A stretch of 64,000 nucleotides of DNA from an uncultured Planctomycetaceae bacterium (GCA_963833985.1 CAWIAD010000001.1:3200001-3264000); one strand, 5' to 3'; positions 10,010 to 20,177 are shown, counted from the first letter of the stretch. The notes: generated by a model not told the origin, from the letters alone. Translations and numbers: made by a program.

Positions 10010-10588
10010 CAGGAGAGCCTCCTCAGTCGTGAACACAGAGCGTCTGTTCCGGGATGTAGTGAGCGAATCGCAGCCGGGCCGGTGGACCGGTGCGGGTGGG
10101 AATCGTCGTCCCGATTTCGCAAGTTGTGTGCCGGGATGACAAAGGGGAACATCTGGGCAAGAGATGAGCACCCGAACTCGCTCTATCCGCCTGCCCGCTC
10201 CGGAGAACCCACTTATTCTGACGAAGTTTTATGGTCAAGCAACCGAGCGCGGGCAAGCCTTCAAGCATGAAAGCCGCAGTATTGAACAATTCTTAAGGCA
10301 ATCAGATGCGCAGGTGAGGGGATAACATGCCCGCGGCGCGGTCAGGTCTCATCACCCGAGTGGTGCATTTCGCTCGCGGGAGAAGAGCGGTTACGCTTCG
10401 AAATACGAGGTGGATCGCTCACCTTAGCACGGCTTTGACCCAGAGGAATGAAAAATGCGCAAAGGGCCAGCTCGTGGCGCACGGTTTTCTTCCCGGCGGG
10501 AATTGCGCCGAGCCGGGGTTGTGTTTGTGAAGCCGTTATACCGACTTGAAGGCCAGGATGTGGAGGGCACGCGTCATCGCGAGACGCT

Positions 10589-11419
10589 TTATTGCCTGTA
10601 ACCGAATCGTTGCATGAACTCAACGATCGCGTTGTCTTCGTAAATATGCATTGCCTGATCATACGAAAGTTTTTTTCGCCACTGTGACACGCGTGAGGGG
10701 TCGAACTCACGAACGCCGCCGTTTTCCAGGTCAATCGTGGTTGACCACAGGAAGCGGCTGGCGAAGGCTCGTGGGAACGGCTCGAAGAATCGCGCGGAGT
10801 ATGCCAGTCCAAGGTGTGAATAAACCTGGCGCATGATGGTCTCGGGGCTTGCGACCAGATCCTCATAGCGAACGACCCGGAAATTGGACTGCTCGAGGTA
10901 CGGTTTCCAGGCCAGGTAGTTCAGCATCAAGCGGGTCCAGCGGTCGCGCCGATCCTCGACGGGTTCCTCCTTCTGTGCTTCAATGCTTGCAAGGATGGCC
11001 CGCGGATCACGTACGGTGTAGATCAATGGATAATTGGCTGCCAGGTGGCTCACCAGCTCTGGGCTTTCGAAGAAGTCCGGGCTCTTGTCTCCGAGGCAGG
11101 CAATTTCCGACTTTCCGTACAGCTCCATGAGCCTTGGAGTGAGCTCTCGATACCAGGCCAGTAGACAATCGATATCTTCGGGTCGCTTACGGTCCAGGTA
11201 GGCGATTACTTCTTGAGTGGTGAGGCCGTGTGCGATCATGCGCGTACCATGGAGGTAGAGAAAGTAGTTCCGAAAGAGAGCTCGGTTGATCTCCGACTCG
11301 CACAGGCAGATCGCGGCCGGGTGATCATCAATGCATCGCGCCATCAGTGATGAGCCTGTGCGCAGCGGGCCTACAATAAAGAAGAGCCGAGGTTGATTCT
11401 CTTCCAGTGGCGATGACAT
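10589..11419 (-). CDS. Sulfotransferase (Sulfotransfer_3-like, PAPS-dependent)
   Basis: FFIVGPLRTGSSL (5'-PSB loop), GDKSP, VRDPRAILAS (3'-PB), VVRYEDLVASPE and WRKKL motifs. Confidence 0.9.
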   Translation of the reverse strand: MSSPLEENQPRLFFIVGPLRTGSSLMARCIDDHPAAICLCESEINRALFRNYFLYLHGTRMIAHGLTTQEVIAYLDRKRPEDIDCLLAWYRELTPRLMELYGKSEIACLGDKSPDFFESPELVSHLAANYPLIYTVRDPRAILASIEAQKEEPVEDRRDRWTRLMLNYLAWKPYLEQSNFRVVRYEDLVASPETIMRQVYSHLGLAYSARFFEPFPRAFASRFLWSTTIDLENGGVREFDPSRVSQWRKKLSYDQAMHIYEDNAIVEFMQRFGYRQ

Positions 11420-11822
11420 GAGTCGAAGCTCTCAGCCTGGGGGGGAATGCGAAGCGACATCCGATGGAGCGAACTTTGCTTCTATCACGAGTCTGGCATC
11501 GACGACCACTGCTTTATCGATTATAGCAGACCCGGCGGCGGGTGGCGGCAACCCAAAGATTGCAAATCGACGCAAAACCGGTAGACCGGCCGCGGAACAT
11601 GAAAATGCCCTAGCCAGGAACCGGCTTGATGATATCTTCTTGCCGGGAACAACTCTCACTTCGGGTTGGCACGCAAGCATTCGCACGTTCGGGCCCGAGG
11701 GGCCGTGTGAACGTGTCGAGCACGTCATGTCCGGGTCAGACCCGAAATGCGCGGTGACCCGCTCGGGCTCAGTAAGAGTCGACGAGCTGCGCAAGGCAAG
11801 GAGGAGGCGCGCCTTGAAAGGG

Positions 11823-12818
11823 ATGTGGAAAAGGGAGACGCGGCGAGACAATCGCCCGGCCATCGAAACCCTCGAAGGTCGGATCGTCCTGTCCACGCTC
11901 TATGCCAGCACCGCGACCCAGTTGCAAGCCGACATCGCAGCCGTGAACAACACCTCGGGGCCAAGCACCATCATCCTCAAGCCAGGAACCTACGTGCTCA
12001 GCCAGGGGTTGAAAATCGCGAACGCCGGCAACCTCACGATCCGGCCAAATTCGACGAAATCACCGACCAACCTGGTGGGCTCGGTCGTCGATCGGGTCAT
12101 GGAAATCCAGGGCGGCAGCGTCACGCTCTCAAATCTGTCCATCTCGGGCGGTGGAAACGTGGCCCTGGGCGGGGGCATCCTCGCACAAAACTCCAACCTC
12201 ACGCTCAAGACCACCAGAGTCAGTGCGAACATCAGCTCAGAGGCAGGAGCGGGCATCTTCACCGAGGGAGGGTCGCTCACGCTGCAAAACAGCTCCGTGA
12301 ACAATAACCGCAGCAGTAACAGTTCCCTTGCGTTCGGCGGGGGGATCGCTGCTCTGGGCACGAATATCACGCTCACCAACAGCACGGTCAGTGAGAATTC
12401 GATTTATGCCGTGGACCTCACCACGATGAACCCGGTGAACGCCGGCGGGGCCGGAATCTTCGCGCAGGGCGGAGCGTTGAGCATTGCCGGAAGCACGATC
12501 TCTGGCAACTCGGTGTACAGCGTGACCACGGGACGGAGCGCCTCGAGCCTGGGCGGAGCGGTGAGCACCAACCAGACTCCCGTGGTCGTCTCGAAGAGCA
12601 CGCTCCAATACAATTCGTTGAATACGGTCTCCTATGGCTCTGTCTCCACGCTGGGAAGCGTCTTTTACACCAATGGCGGAAGCCTGAAGATCGTCGACAG
12701 CACCATGGGCAAGAGCACACCCGGCGGCACAAGCTCGTTCGGCCACCCCGGCGCCACCGTGACCATCGTCAATCTCAACCTGGACGGCAAGACGATCTCG
12801 GGAGTTCTCAATCCCTGA
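11823..12818 (+). CDS. Exported beta-helix (Pmp/GGAI-like repeat) protein with planctomycete signal
   Basis: RRDNRPAIETLEGRIVLS signal; GGGI/GAGI...LTLxNSxVxxN repeats; Ser/Thr/Asn/Gly-rich; GGAGGAGG RBS (alternative TTG start at 11814). Confidence 0.85.
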   Translation: MWKRETRRDNRPAIETLEGRIVLSTLYASTATQLQADIAAVNNTSGPSTIILKPGTYVLSQGLKIANAGNLTIRPNSTKSPTNLVGSVVDRVMEIQGGSVTLSNLSISGGGNVALGGGILAQNSNLTLKTTRVSANISSEAGAGIFTEGGSLTLQNSSVNNNRSSNSSLAFGGGIAALGTNITLTNSTVSENSIYAVDLTTMNPVNAGGAGIFAQGGALSIAGSTISGNSVYSVTTGRSASSLGGAVSTNQTPVVVSKSTLQYNSLNTVSYGSVSTLGSVFYTNGGSLKIVDSTMGKSTPGGTSSFGHPGATVTIVNLNLDGKTISGVLNP

Positions 12819-12930
12819 GCGCCCTTCGTATGGCCCTGCGCACCGGGCGTCGTGTAAGATCGGATCAGGTCTGACGGCTCTCTCCCGAGCCCGGCTCGCG
12901 TCGGCTCGTTTCCCCCGAAGGTCTGCCCCG

Positions 12931-14232
12931 ATGAACCTGCCCCCGCTTGCCCGCGTCCGCCAAACCGCTTCACAGCCTCGCGTCGAGGATGTCCCGGCGA
13001 CAATTCAGAGGCTGATCCGGGAGAGCCGGATCCGCGAACGCGTCCGTCCTGGGGGCACAGTTGCTGTCGGCATCGGTAGCCGTGGGATCACGGGAATTGC
13101 CAGCATGGCGCGCGCGTCGGTCGATGCTCTCAAGGAACTGGGGTTCAACCCGTTTATCGTGGCAGCCATGGGATCACACGGTGGTGCCACGGCCGATGGC
13201 CAGCGGGCGCTGCTGGCCAGCTACGACGTCACCGCCCAGTCCATGGGCGTCCCGGTCAAGACCGATATGGACGCACTGGTTCTGGGAAGCAATCCGGTCG
13301 GCCTGCCAATCTACTTCGACCGCAACGCTCACGCGGCTGACGGCATCGTGCTGATCAACCGTGTCAAGCCGCACACCGACTTTCACGCGACTCACGAATC
13401 GGGCGTGCTGAAGATGCTGGTGATCGGGCTGGGCAAGCGCGAGGGGGCCAGCCAGGTGCATAAGCTTGGCTTGCGGGGCATGCAGGAGGTCTTGCCGGCC
13501 GTGGGACGCTTCCTCGTCGAGCACACAAAGTTCGCGCTCGGTCTGGCCGTCCTGGAAAATGCCGACGACGCCACCGCCGAGATCGTGCCCATCGAGCCGG
13601 AGACGATCTTCGAGCTCGAACCCAGGCTGCTGGAGAGGGCGCGCGGGCTCATGGCCCGGCTTCCTTTCGACCAGATCGACGTGCTTATCGTGGGCGAGCT
13701 GGGCAAGAACTATTCGGGGGCCGGGATGGACCCCAACGTGATCGGCCGGCTGCTGGTCGAGACCCAGAACGATCACGAGCGCCCGGTCATCACGCGCCTG
13801 GCCGTGCTCGACGTTTCCGACGAGAGCCACGGCAATATCGTCGGGGTGGGCTTCGCAGACCTTACCACCGATCGGCTGGTCCAGCGGATGAACCCCGAAT
13901 CGTCGCGGATCAATATTCTGACATCCTGCTTCCTCGAGCGGGCGCGAATCCCGATCACCCTACCCAGCGACCGAGACGTCCTCGAGAAGGCCGTCGAGAC
14001 CTGCTGGCGCATCGATCCGGCCACCGCAAGGGTAGTCGTTATCCCCAACACCCTGGAGCTGAAAACCCTCTGGGTCTCACAGGCCCTGGACGACGAGGTT
14101 CGTGCGCATCCCTATCTGAAACGGGAGACCGATTACCTTCCGGTTCCGCTTTCGCCCGATGGCACACTGGACCAGGCGGGAATGTTCCCGCAGAGTATTC
14201 GCGGCCTCCGCAACAGGTCGCAGCGAGCCTGA
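12931..14232 (+). CDS. Lactate racemase (LarA)-superfamily / DUF2088-like protein, putative nickel-pincer isomerase
   Basis: GIGSRGI, AAMGSHGGATADGQ, INRVKPHTDF, ESGVLKMLVIGLGK and GKNYSGAGMDPNVIGR motifs. Confidence 0.75.
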   Translation: MNLPPLARVRQTASQPRVEDVPATIQRLIRESRIRERVRPGGTVAVGIGSRGITGIASMARASVDALKELGFNPFIVAAMGSHGGATADGQRALLASYDVTAQSMGVPVKTDMDALVLGSNPVGLPIYFDRNAHAADGIVLINRVKPHTDFHATHESGVLKMLVIGLGKREGASQVHKLGLRGMQEVLPAVGRFLVEHTKFALGLAVLENADDATAEIVPIEPETIFELEPRLLERARGLMARLPFDQIDVLIVGELGKNYSGAGMDPNVIGRLLVETQNDHERPVITRLAVLDVSDESHGNIVGVGFADLTTDRLVQRMNPESSRINILTSCFLERARIPITLPSDRDVLEKAVETCWRIDPATARVVVIPNTLELKTLWVSQALDDEVRAHPYLKRETDYLPVPLSPDGTLDQAGMFPQSIRGLRNRSQRA

Positions 14233-14257
14233 ACCGGTGTGCCTGCCCGGCTCGGTT

Positions 14258-15529
14258 CTACTCCGGTTCTGGCCCGGCGCCGCGGAACACCCGGGGAACG
14301 GGCTTGCGGCCGAGTTCGGGCTTGCCTTCCTGACTCACCTCCGATTCCGAGGGTGGCACGAACTGTGGCGGATTGTGAATCACCCGCAGATTGGCGACCA
14401 GCCGATCACTCACCACTTTGCCATCCATCTGGTCCAGAACCCCCTGGAGCGCTGCCAGCGCGTACCCTTCCTCGTTGCGGTCGATCAGCACCTGAATACG
14501 TTCCTTCATGTACGAGATCATCCGCGCGTCGCAGGCGGCATACCCTGCAAGGACAAACAAGTTCTTGTGCGTCTTTCTCCATTCCTCGCGAGCATCGTAC
14601 GCACCCACGGTGCCCAGGTCGTGATCTCCTATCACCACGGTCACCTTTGGATGCGCATCGAGGTACTCGAGTACGGCCGTCTTCGCCGCCTTCTGATCGC
14701 CCTGGATGGAGATCAGCTCGTAAGCACGCCCAGCGGCCTTCAGGGCTGCGGTGATCGAGTTCAGCCGGTGTGCGCTGTAATGGTCCTTTTCGCGGTTCTC
14801 GATCACCAGCGCGGTCCCGTCGGCGGGAAGGTGCATCGTCCTGGCGTCCTCGTAAATGGTGGCGACGAGCTGCCTGGCAGCCTCGGCGAACCCCTGGAAG
14901 GCAATGAAGGGATACGGCTTGCTGCCTGGCGATGAGGCGGGCAGGGGAGTATCGAGCAGGACGATTTTCAAGCCTGCTGCTTCCGCCGCACTCAGTGCCT
15001 CCTTGACCTGGGGGTCGTCGATGGGCTCGACGATGAGGCCGCCCGTGGATCGGCCGGCGGCGGCCTGGATCCTGGAGGCAAGCTGGAGGGGGCCCGCAGG
15101 ATCCGCTTCGCCGGGAATCGCGGAGCGGAAGGAGCCCTTGAGCATCCCGGCGCCGCGCCGCAGGTATTGCTCGAGATAGAGCCGGTCCTCGGTCGCCGGC
15201 CGAGCCAGGATCAACTCCACCAGCCGTGCCCGGACCACGGGAATCGTCGGGGAGTTCGCGGTTTCCAAAGCCGCCTTGCCGGCAGCGGCAGGCGGTGTAC
15301 TCGGCAAAGAACCCGGCTTCGCTGTCCGGGCCAGCGAGCTGGGGTCCGGGCCAAGCTCCGCGGGTCGGGATGGTACGAAGGCCGTCGAGTCGCAGGCCGG
15401 CAGCACGGCTGCCGCCATCATGCCGACCGCCAGACGCAGCAGAGGGCTCAAATCTCCAGAGGCTGGCCCTGGCCGTCCCCTACGCAGACAGGCAGCATCG
15501 CGGCGCGGCATTCTGAACGTCGCTACCAT
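14258..15529 (-). CDS. Periplasmic-binding-protein-like lipoprotein (RbsB/LacI sugar-binding fold)
   Basis: Lipobox-like AVLPAC; GLIVEPID...AGLKIVLLDT; LDAHPKVTVVIGDHD; start uncertain. Confidence 0.7.
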   Translation of the reverse strand: MVATFRMPRRDAACLRRGRPGPASGDLSPLLRLAVGMMAAAVLPACDSTAFVPSRPAELGPDPSSLARTAKPGSLPSTPPAAAGKAALETANSPTIPVVRARLVELILARPATEDRLYLEQYLRRGAGMLKGSFRSAIPGEADPAGPLQLASRIQAAAGRSTGGLIVEPIDDPQVKEALSAAEAAGLKIVLLDTPLPASSPGSKPYPFIAFQGFAEAARQLVATIYEDARTMHLPADGTALVIENREKDHYSAHRLNSITAALKAAGRAYELISIQGDQKAAKTAVLEYLDAHPKVTVVIGDHDLGTVGAYDAREEWRKTHKNLFVLAGYAACDARMISYMKERIQVLIDRNEEGYALAALQGVLDQMDGKVVSDRLVANLRVIHNPPQFVPPSESEVSQEGKPELGRKPVPRVFRGAGPEPE

Positions 15530-15647
15530 GAGAATGAAACTCCGAGCTCTCCAGGCTTCTTGCGAAACTCCGGCTCACGATCATACCATTTCAGGGGGCT
15601 TTCCCGGGACCGCGACGCCGCGGGATGGTCCACCGCGGAGGGCGACG

Positions 15648-16523
15648 ATGGCTGGCGGCCGATTCGAGATCCTGGCTCTGGACGTGGACGGGACACTGCT
15701 GGATCCCTCCGGTGCACTGCGTCCGCGCACGGCCCGCGCCGTTGCCCGGGCCGCCCAGGCGGGCATCCGGCCCGTACTCTGCACGGGCCGGCGCTATCGT
15801 CGTGCCCGTCCCATCGCCCAGCAACTGGCACTTGATGCTCCAATCGTCTGCAATTCGGGAGCGATCGTCAAGGACCCACGTGACGACCGTACACTCTGGC
15901 GTGCCGACTTCGATCTTGCCAGGGCCGTGGCGATCCTCAAGCTCTTCGACGCCGAGCACCGCCCGGCAGTTTGCTTCACTGACCGCAACCTGGACGACCT
16001 CGACTTCCTGGTCGCTCGATTCCCTGCCGGCTGCCCATTTTTTGATGACTATGTGCATCAGAACCGCATGCACGCGGATATTGACGACCAATGGCCCGCG
16101 CGTTACCTCGCGCCCGACGGGCTGCCCGCGCGTGACGCTCTGTTCCATCTCTGCGCCATCGGCACGCGCGAAGAAATGCTGGCGTTCGAGCAACAGGTAC
16201 GTGCCCGCCTTCCAGGCCGCGTCCAGACCTTCGTCCAGCGCAGTCCGCGCTACCTGGGCACGATGTGCGAGATCCTCCGCCATGACGCCAGCAAGTGGAC
16301 GGCAGTTCTTCAGGTGGCAAGCCTCTGGAACGTCGATCCCGCAAGGATCTGCGCCGTGGGCGACGATATGAATGACGTGCCGATGATCCGCGGCGCGGGG
16401 CTGGGCGTGGCGATGGGCCATGCTCCCCCGGCCGTGCTCGCGGCCGCTGACCTGGTCACCGGCGGACATGAAGACGACGGCGTGGCCAGTCTGGTCGAAG
16501 ACGTACTGCTGGCGGCAGGGTGA
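15648..16523 (+). CDS. Cof-type HAD-IIB hydrolase
   Basis: LALDVDGTLL, LCTGRR, SKWTAV and VGDDMNDVPMIRGAGLGVAMG motifs. Confidence 0.92.
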   Translation: MAGGRFEILALDVDGTLLDPSGALRPRTARAVARAAQAGIRPVLCTGRRYRRARPIAQQLALDAPIVCNSGAIVKDPRDDRTLWRADFDLARAVAILKLFDAEHRPAVCFTDRNLDDLDFLVARFPAGCPFFDDYVHQNRMHADIDDQWPARYLAPDGLPARDALFHLCAIGTREEMLAFEQQVRARLPGRVQTFVQRSPRYLGTMCEILRHDASKWTAVLQVASLWNVDPARICAVGDDMNDVPMIRGAGLGVAMGHAPPAVLAAADLVTGGHEDDGVASLVEDVLLAAG

Positions 16524-16580
16524 GAGGAAGACCCGGCGTGACGGCTGCGCGGGGCCGTCTTATTCCTGGAGACCGGTACA

Positions 16581-17174
16581 GTGGATCCAGCGCGTGACGA
16601 GGCGAGCGGTTCGGAGCCGTCGTGGTTCCGTCCCGATGGTGGTGGGCACGATCGGACGATCGAAGAGAACTGGCTCTTTCGCCTCCGGAAGGAGCGGTTC
16701 GAGTCGCGGCGTTCGGGCAAGGTGCACGACTATTATGTGATCCACCTGGCCGACGCTGTTCACGTGGTGGCGTTGACGGTGGACGGCCAGGTACTGCTGG
16801 TCCGGCAGTTCCGGGCTGGCTCGGGCCGCGACAGCCTGGAGCTCCCGGGCGGGCTGGTTGATGCCGGCGAGGACCCGTGCGCCGCGGGTGCACGTGAGCT
16901 GCTGGAGGAGACCGGTTACGCGGGCGATCCACCGATTCTGCTGAGCACACTCTGGTCGAACCCGTCGCTGGTGAGCTCGCGAATCTCGACGGTCGTCATC
17001 GCCAACGCCCGCCTGATTGCCACCCCGAAACCCGACCCGCACGAGGAACTGGTGATCGAGCCGGTGCCCGTTGCGCAAGTTCGCGAACTGGTTTGCGCAG
17101 GCCGGATCGATCACGCGTTGGTGGTCGCCGGCCTGCTCTGGTGGATGGGATTGAAAGCGGGGTTTCTGTCGTAG
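16581..17174 (+). CDS. NUDIX hydrolase (ADP-ribose pyrophosphatase-like)
   Basis: Nudix box ELPGGLVDAGEDPCAAGARELLEETGY; LLVRQFR. Confidence 0.92.
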   Translation: MDPARDEASGSEPSWFRPDGGGHDRTIEENWLFRLRKERFESRRSGKVHDYYVIHLADAVHVVALTVDGQVLLVRQFRAGSGRDSLELPGGLVDAGEDPCAAGARELLEETGYAGDPPILLSTLWSNPSLVSSRISTVVIANARLIATPKPDPHEELVIEPVPVAQVRELVCAGRIDHALVVAGLLWWMGLKAGFLS

Positions 17175-17204
17175 GAAGATCGTCAATCGCCCCGCCATGC
17201 GACC

Positions 17205-18305
17205 TCAGCGGGACGGTCTGGCGTCATCCGAGGGGTTGCTGCGCGACAGTCTGGGCGGCTCGCCGCTGGCCGATCGCGTGAGTGCCATGACGGCCATGCA
17301 AGTCCCCGCGTCGGCGATGTAGTGCTCCTCGTCATCGTTCAGCGACCTGGTGTACCAGCGGCCGGATGTCTGCTGATGGGCTTTGAGCCAGTTGATTCCA
17401 CGCTCCACCGTGGGGTCTGTCGCGGGCACTCCGGCCTCCTGAAGCACGAGGGCGATCAGTCCCGTGGCGTAGCCGTCGCTGGGTGCGGTGGGATCGTTGG
17501 ATGTGCCGTCGCGCCGTTTCCACTGGCCCAGCGAGGGGAGGCACCAGCCGCCGTCGGCATGCTGAAGCGGGCGCAGCAAGCGCACGGTGGCCGTCTTCTG
17601 CTCCGGCTTCATCAGGCCGTCGAGCCGAGTCGCGGCCCAGAGCAGCATGGTCTGGTGGTGCAGGTCAGGCGGAGGCGTGTTGCGAAAGTAGTCGCGCAGC
17701 CGTTCCAGACCGGACCGGGCCGGCTCGCTCCTGGCATAATCATCGGGGGCGCGACCGGCGCCAAGGGCCGCGACGAGGGCCCCGTAATAGTCGTCGTATT
17801 CCAGGGGCGGCCAGCCGCACTTGAGCCACTCGAAGCCGCCATTGGGCTTCTGGAGCGTCCAGACCCGGTCGAGCGCCTCTCGGGAGCGCGGGTGCAGCTT
17901 GCCGGTGGTGGCGGCGTCGTTCCAGGCCAGGGCCGCGGCCGTTGAGATCACCTCGGCATCCCAGCGCGGTTTGGCCTGCTTCGATGGGTCGTTCCAGTGC
18001 GCGACGCGGTTCTCGAAGAAGCCGCGAACCTCGGCGGCCACTGGCGAGGCGAACTCACGCAGCGACGGGCGAGCCATGAGGTAAGGGTAGTTGGTGTGGC
18101 AGGACCCGCACTTGTGCAGCCGCGTCCAGCTCAAGGACGCCCTGTCCAGGGCCGATGCGGCGTGCTCGAGCGAGAAGGGGGCGATCAGCTCGTCGGCGGA
18201 AGGGCGCACGCGCGTCTCGCCCGGGGGCGTCGCGGGTGGGCCTCCCGTGTCCGGGGGTGACCCCTGGACCGCCACCAGGAGTGCACTGAGCAGCAGAAGT
18301 GTCAT
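17205..18305 (-). CDS. Exported squalene-hopene-cyclase-like (prenyltransferase/QW repeat) protein with CxxCH motif
   Basis: Signal peptide; CGSCH; QW-type repeats LQKPNGGF, LQHADGGW and HQQTSGRW; SDGYATG. Confidence 0.8.
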   Translation of the reverse strand: MTLLLLSALLVAVQGSPPDTGGPPATPPGETRVRPSADELIAPFSLEHAASALDRASLSWTRLHKCGSCHTNYPYLMARPSLREFASPVAAEVRGFFENRVAHWNDPSKQAKPRWDAEVISTAAALAWNDAATTGKLHPRSREALDRVWTLQKPNGGFEWLKCGWPPLEYDDYYGALVAALGAGRAPDDYARSEPARSGLERLRDYFRNTPPPDLHHQTMLLWAATRLDGLMKPEQKTATVRLLRPLQHADGGWCLPSLGQWKRRDGTSNDPTAPSDGYATGLIALVLQEAGVPATDPTVERGINWLKAHQQTSGRWYTRSLNDDEEHYIADAGTCMAVMALTRSASGEPPRLSRSNPSDDARPSR

Positions 18306-18373
18306 GTTCGAGCTCCGGTTCCAGAGCGTCCGGGATTCAGAAGTGAGGGCGACCCGAGTTCACGTCCGGGCCA

Positions 18374-19450
18374 TCATGGCTTCTCGGCCGCCGGCCTGGG
18401 TCGATTGGCCGGCGGCCCGTCCACAGCGTCCTTGTCGTCATCGAGTACGCCGGCCACCTCTCCGCGATCGTTGATCGCGGTCGCCGAGGTGAAGTAGGGT
18501 CCGCCCTCGCTGAGCAGGCGCAGCCGGCCCGCCTCGTAGACGAACGCGTCCGGGCCGATCTTCGAGCCGGCGGGGCCGTCGATCATGCCCACGACCACGC
18601 CGGCATTGTTCACCGCGTTGGCTTCCCCGTTCACATAGCCCTGCGGCAGGTCGAGCGTTTTCAACCCCTGTCCGTGCGACCAGAGCACGGCATGCACCCG
18701 TCCGTCGGGTGTGTAGCAGACACCTGCCACAGTTCCCGCGTTGTTCACGGAGCGCGGTGCCAGCGACCCGGGATCGCCGAGCAGCTCCTCGGTCCACTGG
18801 CCGGCGTCGTTCCGGGTCCAGAGGCACCCCTTTTCGCCGTCGATCGAGGCGATCCGCTTACCGTCGTCACTCATCACAACCCGGTTCGAGCTCAGGCGGG
18901 ACTTTTGAGGAAGTGGACTACCCTTCCAGGCGCCATCCTTTTTTTCCCAAACGCACGCGCGAACGCGGTTGGTCCCCACGGAAAAACCGCAGATCCGCGA
19001 CGAGTCCGCGGAGATATCACAGGCATAGGAGACAAAATCGTCGGCGAGCACGCCCAGCAACTGCACTCCGGTTCGTGCGTTCCAGACGAATGCCTGGTTG
19101 CGCAGCGGAACGACGCGGTCCATCAGACCCGGCTTGCCGACATGCCCGACCACCGTGCCGTCCTCGCTCACGGCCGCCGGAAAAATGGCCGTGTAACCCG
19201 CGGGCACAGGCAGGTAGGTCACCTTCTTCCCGCTGGCGAAAAACGGAACCTGCTCGATGATCGCCGGTTCTTTCTTGTTCGGGACCCATTCAAAACCCAC
19301 GACGTCGCCGCGCCCGCTGATGCCGGTGGCGACCGTTCCGAGTTCCCTGGGTGAGACGATCTGGTACTTCCTGCCCGGTTCTTCGCCGCGGCCCGGCCCT
19401 GACCAGAGCATGGCGACAAGCCCGACAGCGATCAGCCGGGAAGAGCGCAT
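18374..19450 (-). CDS. Secreted HAF-type extracellular repeat (beta-propeller) protein
   Basis: Repeats ATGISGRGDVVG, AAVSEDGTVVG, ANAVNNAGVVVG and ATAINDRGEVAG; signal peptide. Confidence 0.8.
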   Translation of the reverse strand: MRSSRLIAVGLVAMLWSGPGRGEEPGRKYQIVSPRELGTVATGISGRGDVVGFEWVPNKKEPAIIEQVPFFASGKKVTYLPVPAGYTAIFPAAVSEDGTVVGHVGKPGLMDRVVPLRNQAFVWNARTGVQLLGVLADDFVSYACDISADSSRICGFSVGTNRVRACVWEKKDGAWKGSPLPQKSRLSSNRVVMSDDGKRIASIDGEKGCLWTRNDAGQWTEELLGDPGSLAPRSVNNAGTVAGVCYTPDGRVHAVLWSHGQGLKTLDLPQGYVNGEANAVNNAGVVVGMIDGPAGSKIGPDAFVYEAGRLRLLSEGGPYFTSATAINDRGEVAGVLDDDKDAVDGPPANRPRPAAEKP

Positions 19451-19704
19451 GAGACAAACCCCGTTCACAAGGGCAAAGCGGGCCACTGCGAACCTGAAAC
19501 TCCATGATGATCATCGCAGGTGCCGGCAGGGCTTTGAAGAGGCCATCGGCCAACACGAACCGGTTTCCCGGAGCAAGGCCCAGCCCACCCGCCGGCAGCG
19601 GAGGGTCCAGAACGGTTGCTTTTCTTCCGGTGCTATGTTCCGATGGGACGCTCGATGATTGAACCGTTCTTCATCAAACACGGAAATGGCTCGAGGGACG
19701 ATCC

Positions 19705-20121
19705 ATGAAAAACCTGCTCTGCACCGCGAGCGTGATGTGCCTTCTGGTGATTGCCGGCGTTGTCAGCCGAGGCGCCAGCGCGGACGACCCGGCGTCAATC
19801 GAGAAGATCATGGAAACCCTGCACAAGGGGAAGACATCCCCGGCCGCGGTGCTCAAGACCGCGCTCAAGACCCAGTCGCCCGACTGGTCGAAGGTTCAGA
19901 AGGCGACCAAGACCTACAGCAAGTACGCGGCCGACCTGCCAAAGAACGACCCTCCCAAGGGTGATCCAGCCTCGTTCAAGAAGCTGGCCAATGCGTTCGC
20001 GACCAACGCCAAGGCCCTCGACGCCTCGGCCGAGAAGGAAGACCTGAACGCCACCAAGGCGGCGATGCGCAAGATCGGCGGCTCCTGCAAGAGCTGTCAC
20101 GACGCCCACAAAGAAGACTGA
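19705..20121 (+). CDS. Cytochrome c, class II (c'/c556-like)
   Basis: Signal peptide, helical Lys/Ala-rich body, C-terminal CKSCH heme motif. Confidence 0.85.
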   Translation: MKNLLCTASVMCLLVIAGVVSRGASADDPASIEKIMETLHKGKTSPAAVLKTALKTQSPDWSKVQKATKTYSKYAADLPKNDPPKGDPASFKKLANAFATNAKALDASAEKEDLNATKAAMRKIGGSCKSCHDAHKED

Positions 20122-20150
20122 TTCCGCCTCTGGGCCAGACAATAAGGGAC

Positions 20151-20177
20151 GCTCCGGTCCCGTCCTGGGGCCGGAGT
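20151..20177 (+). terminator. Hairpin downstream of the cytochrome c gene (possible terminator)
   Basis: GCTCCGGTCCC-GTCCT-GGGGCCGGAGT stem; weak U-tract. Confidence 0.4.

Noticed and set aside
17205..18305. Hopanoid biosynthesis gene shc
   Set aside because: About half the expected length, has a signal peptide, lacks DXDD, and has no hpn neighbours.
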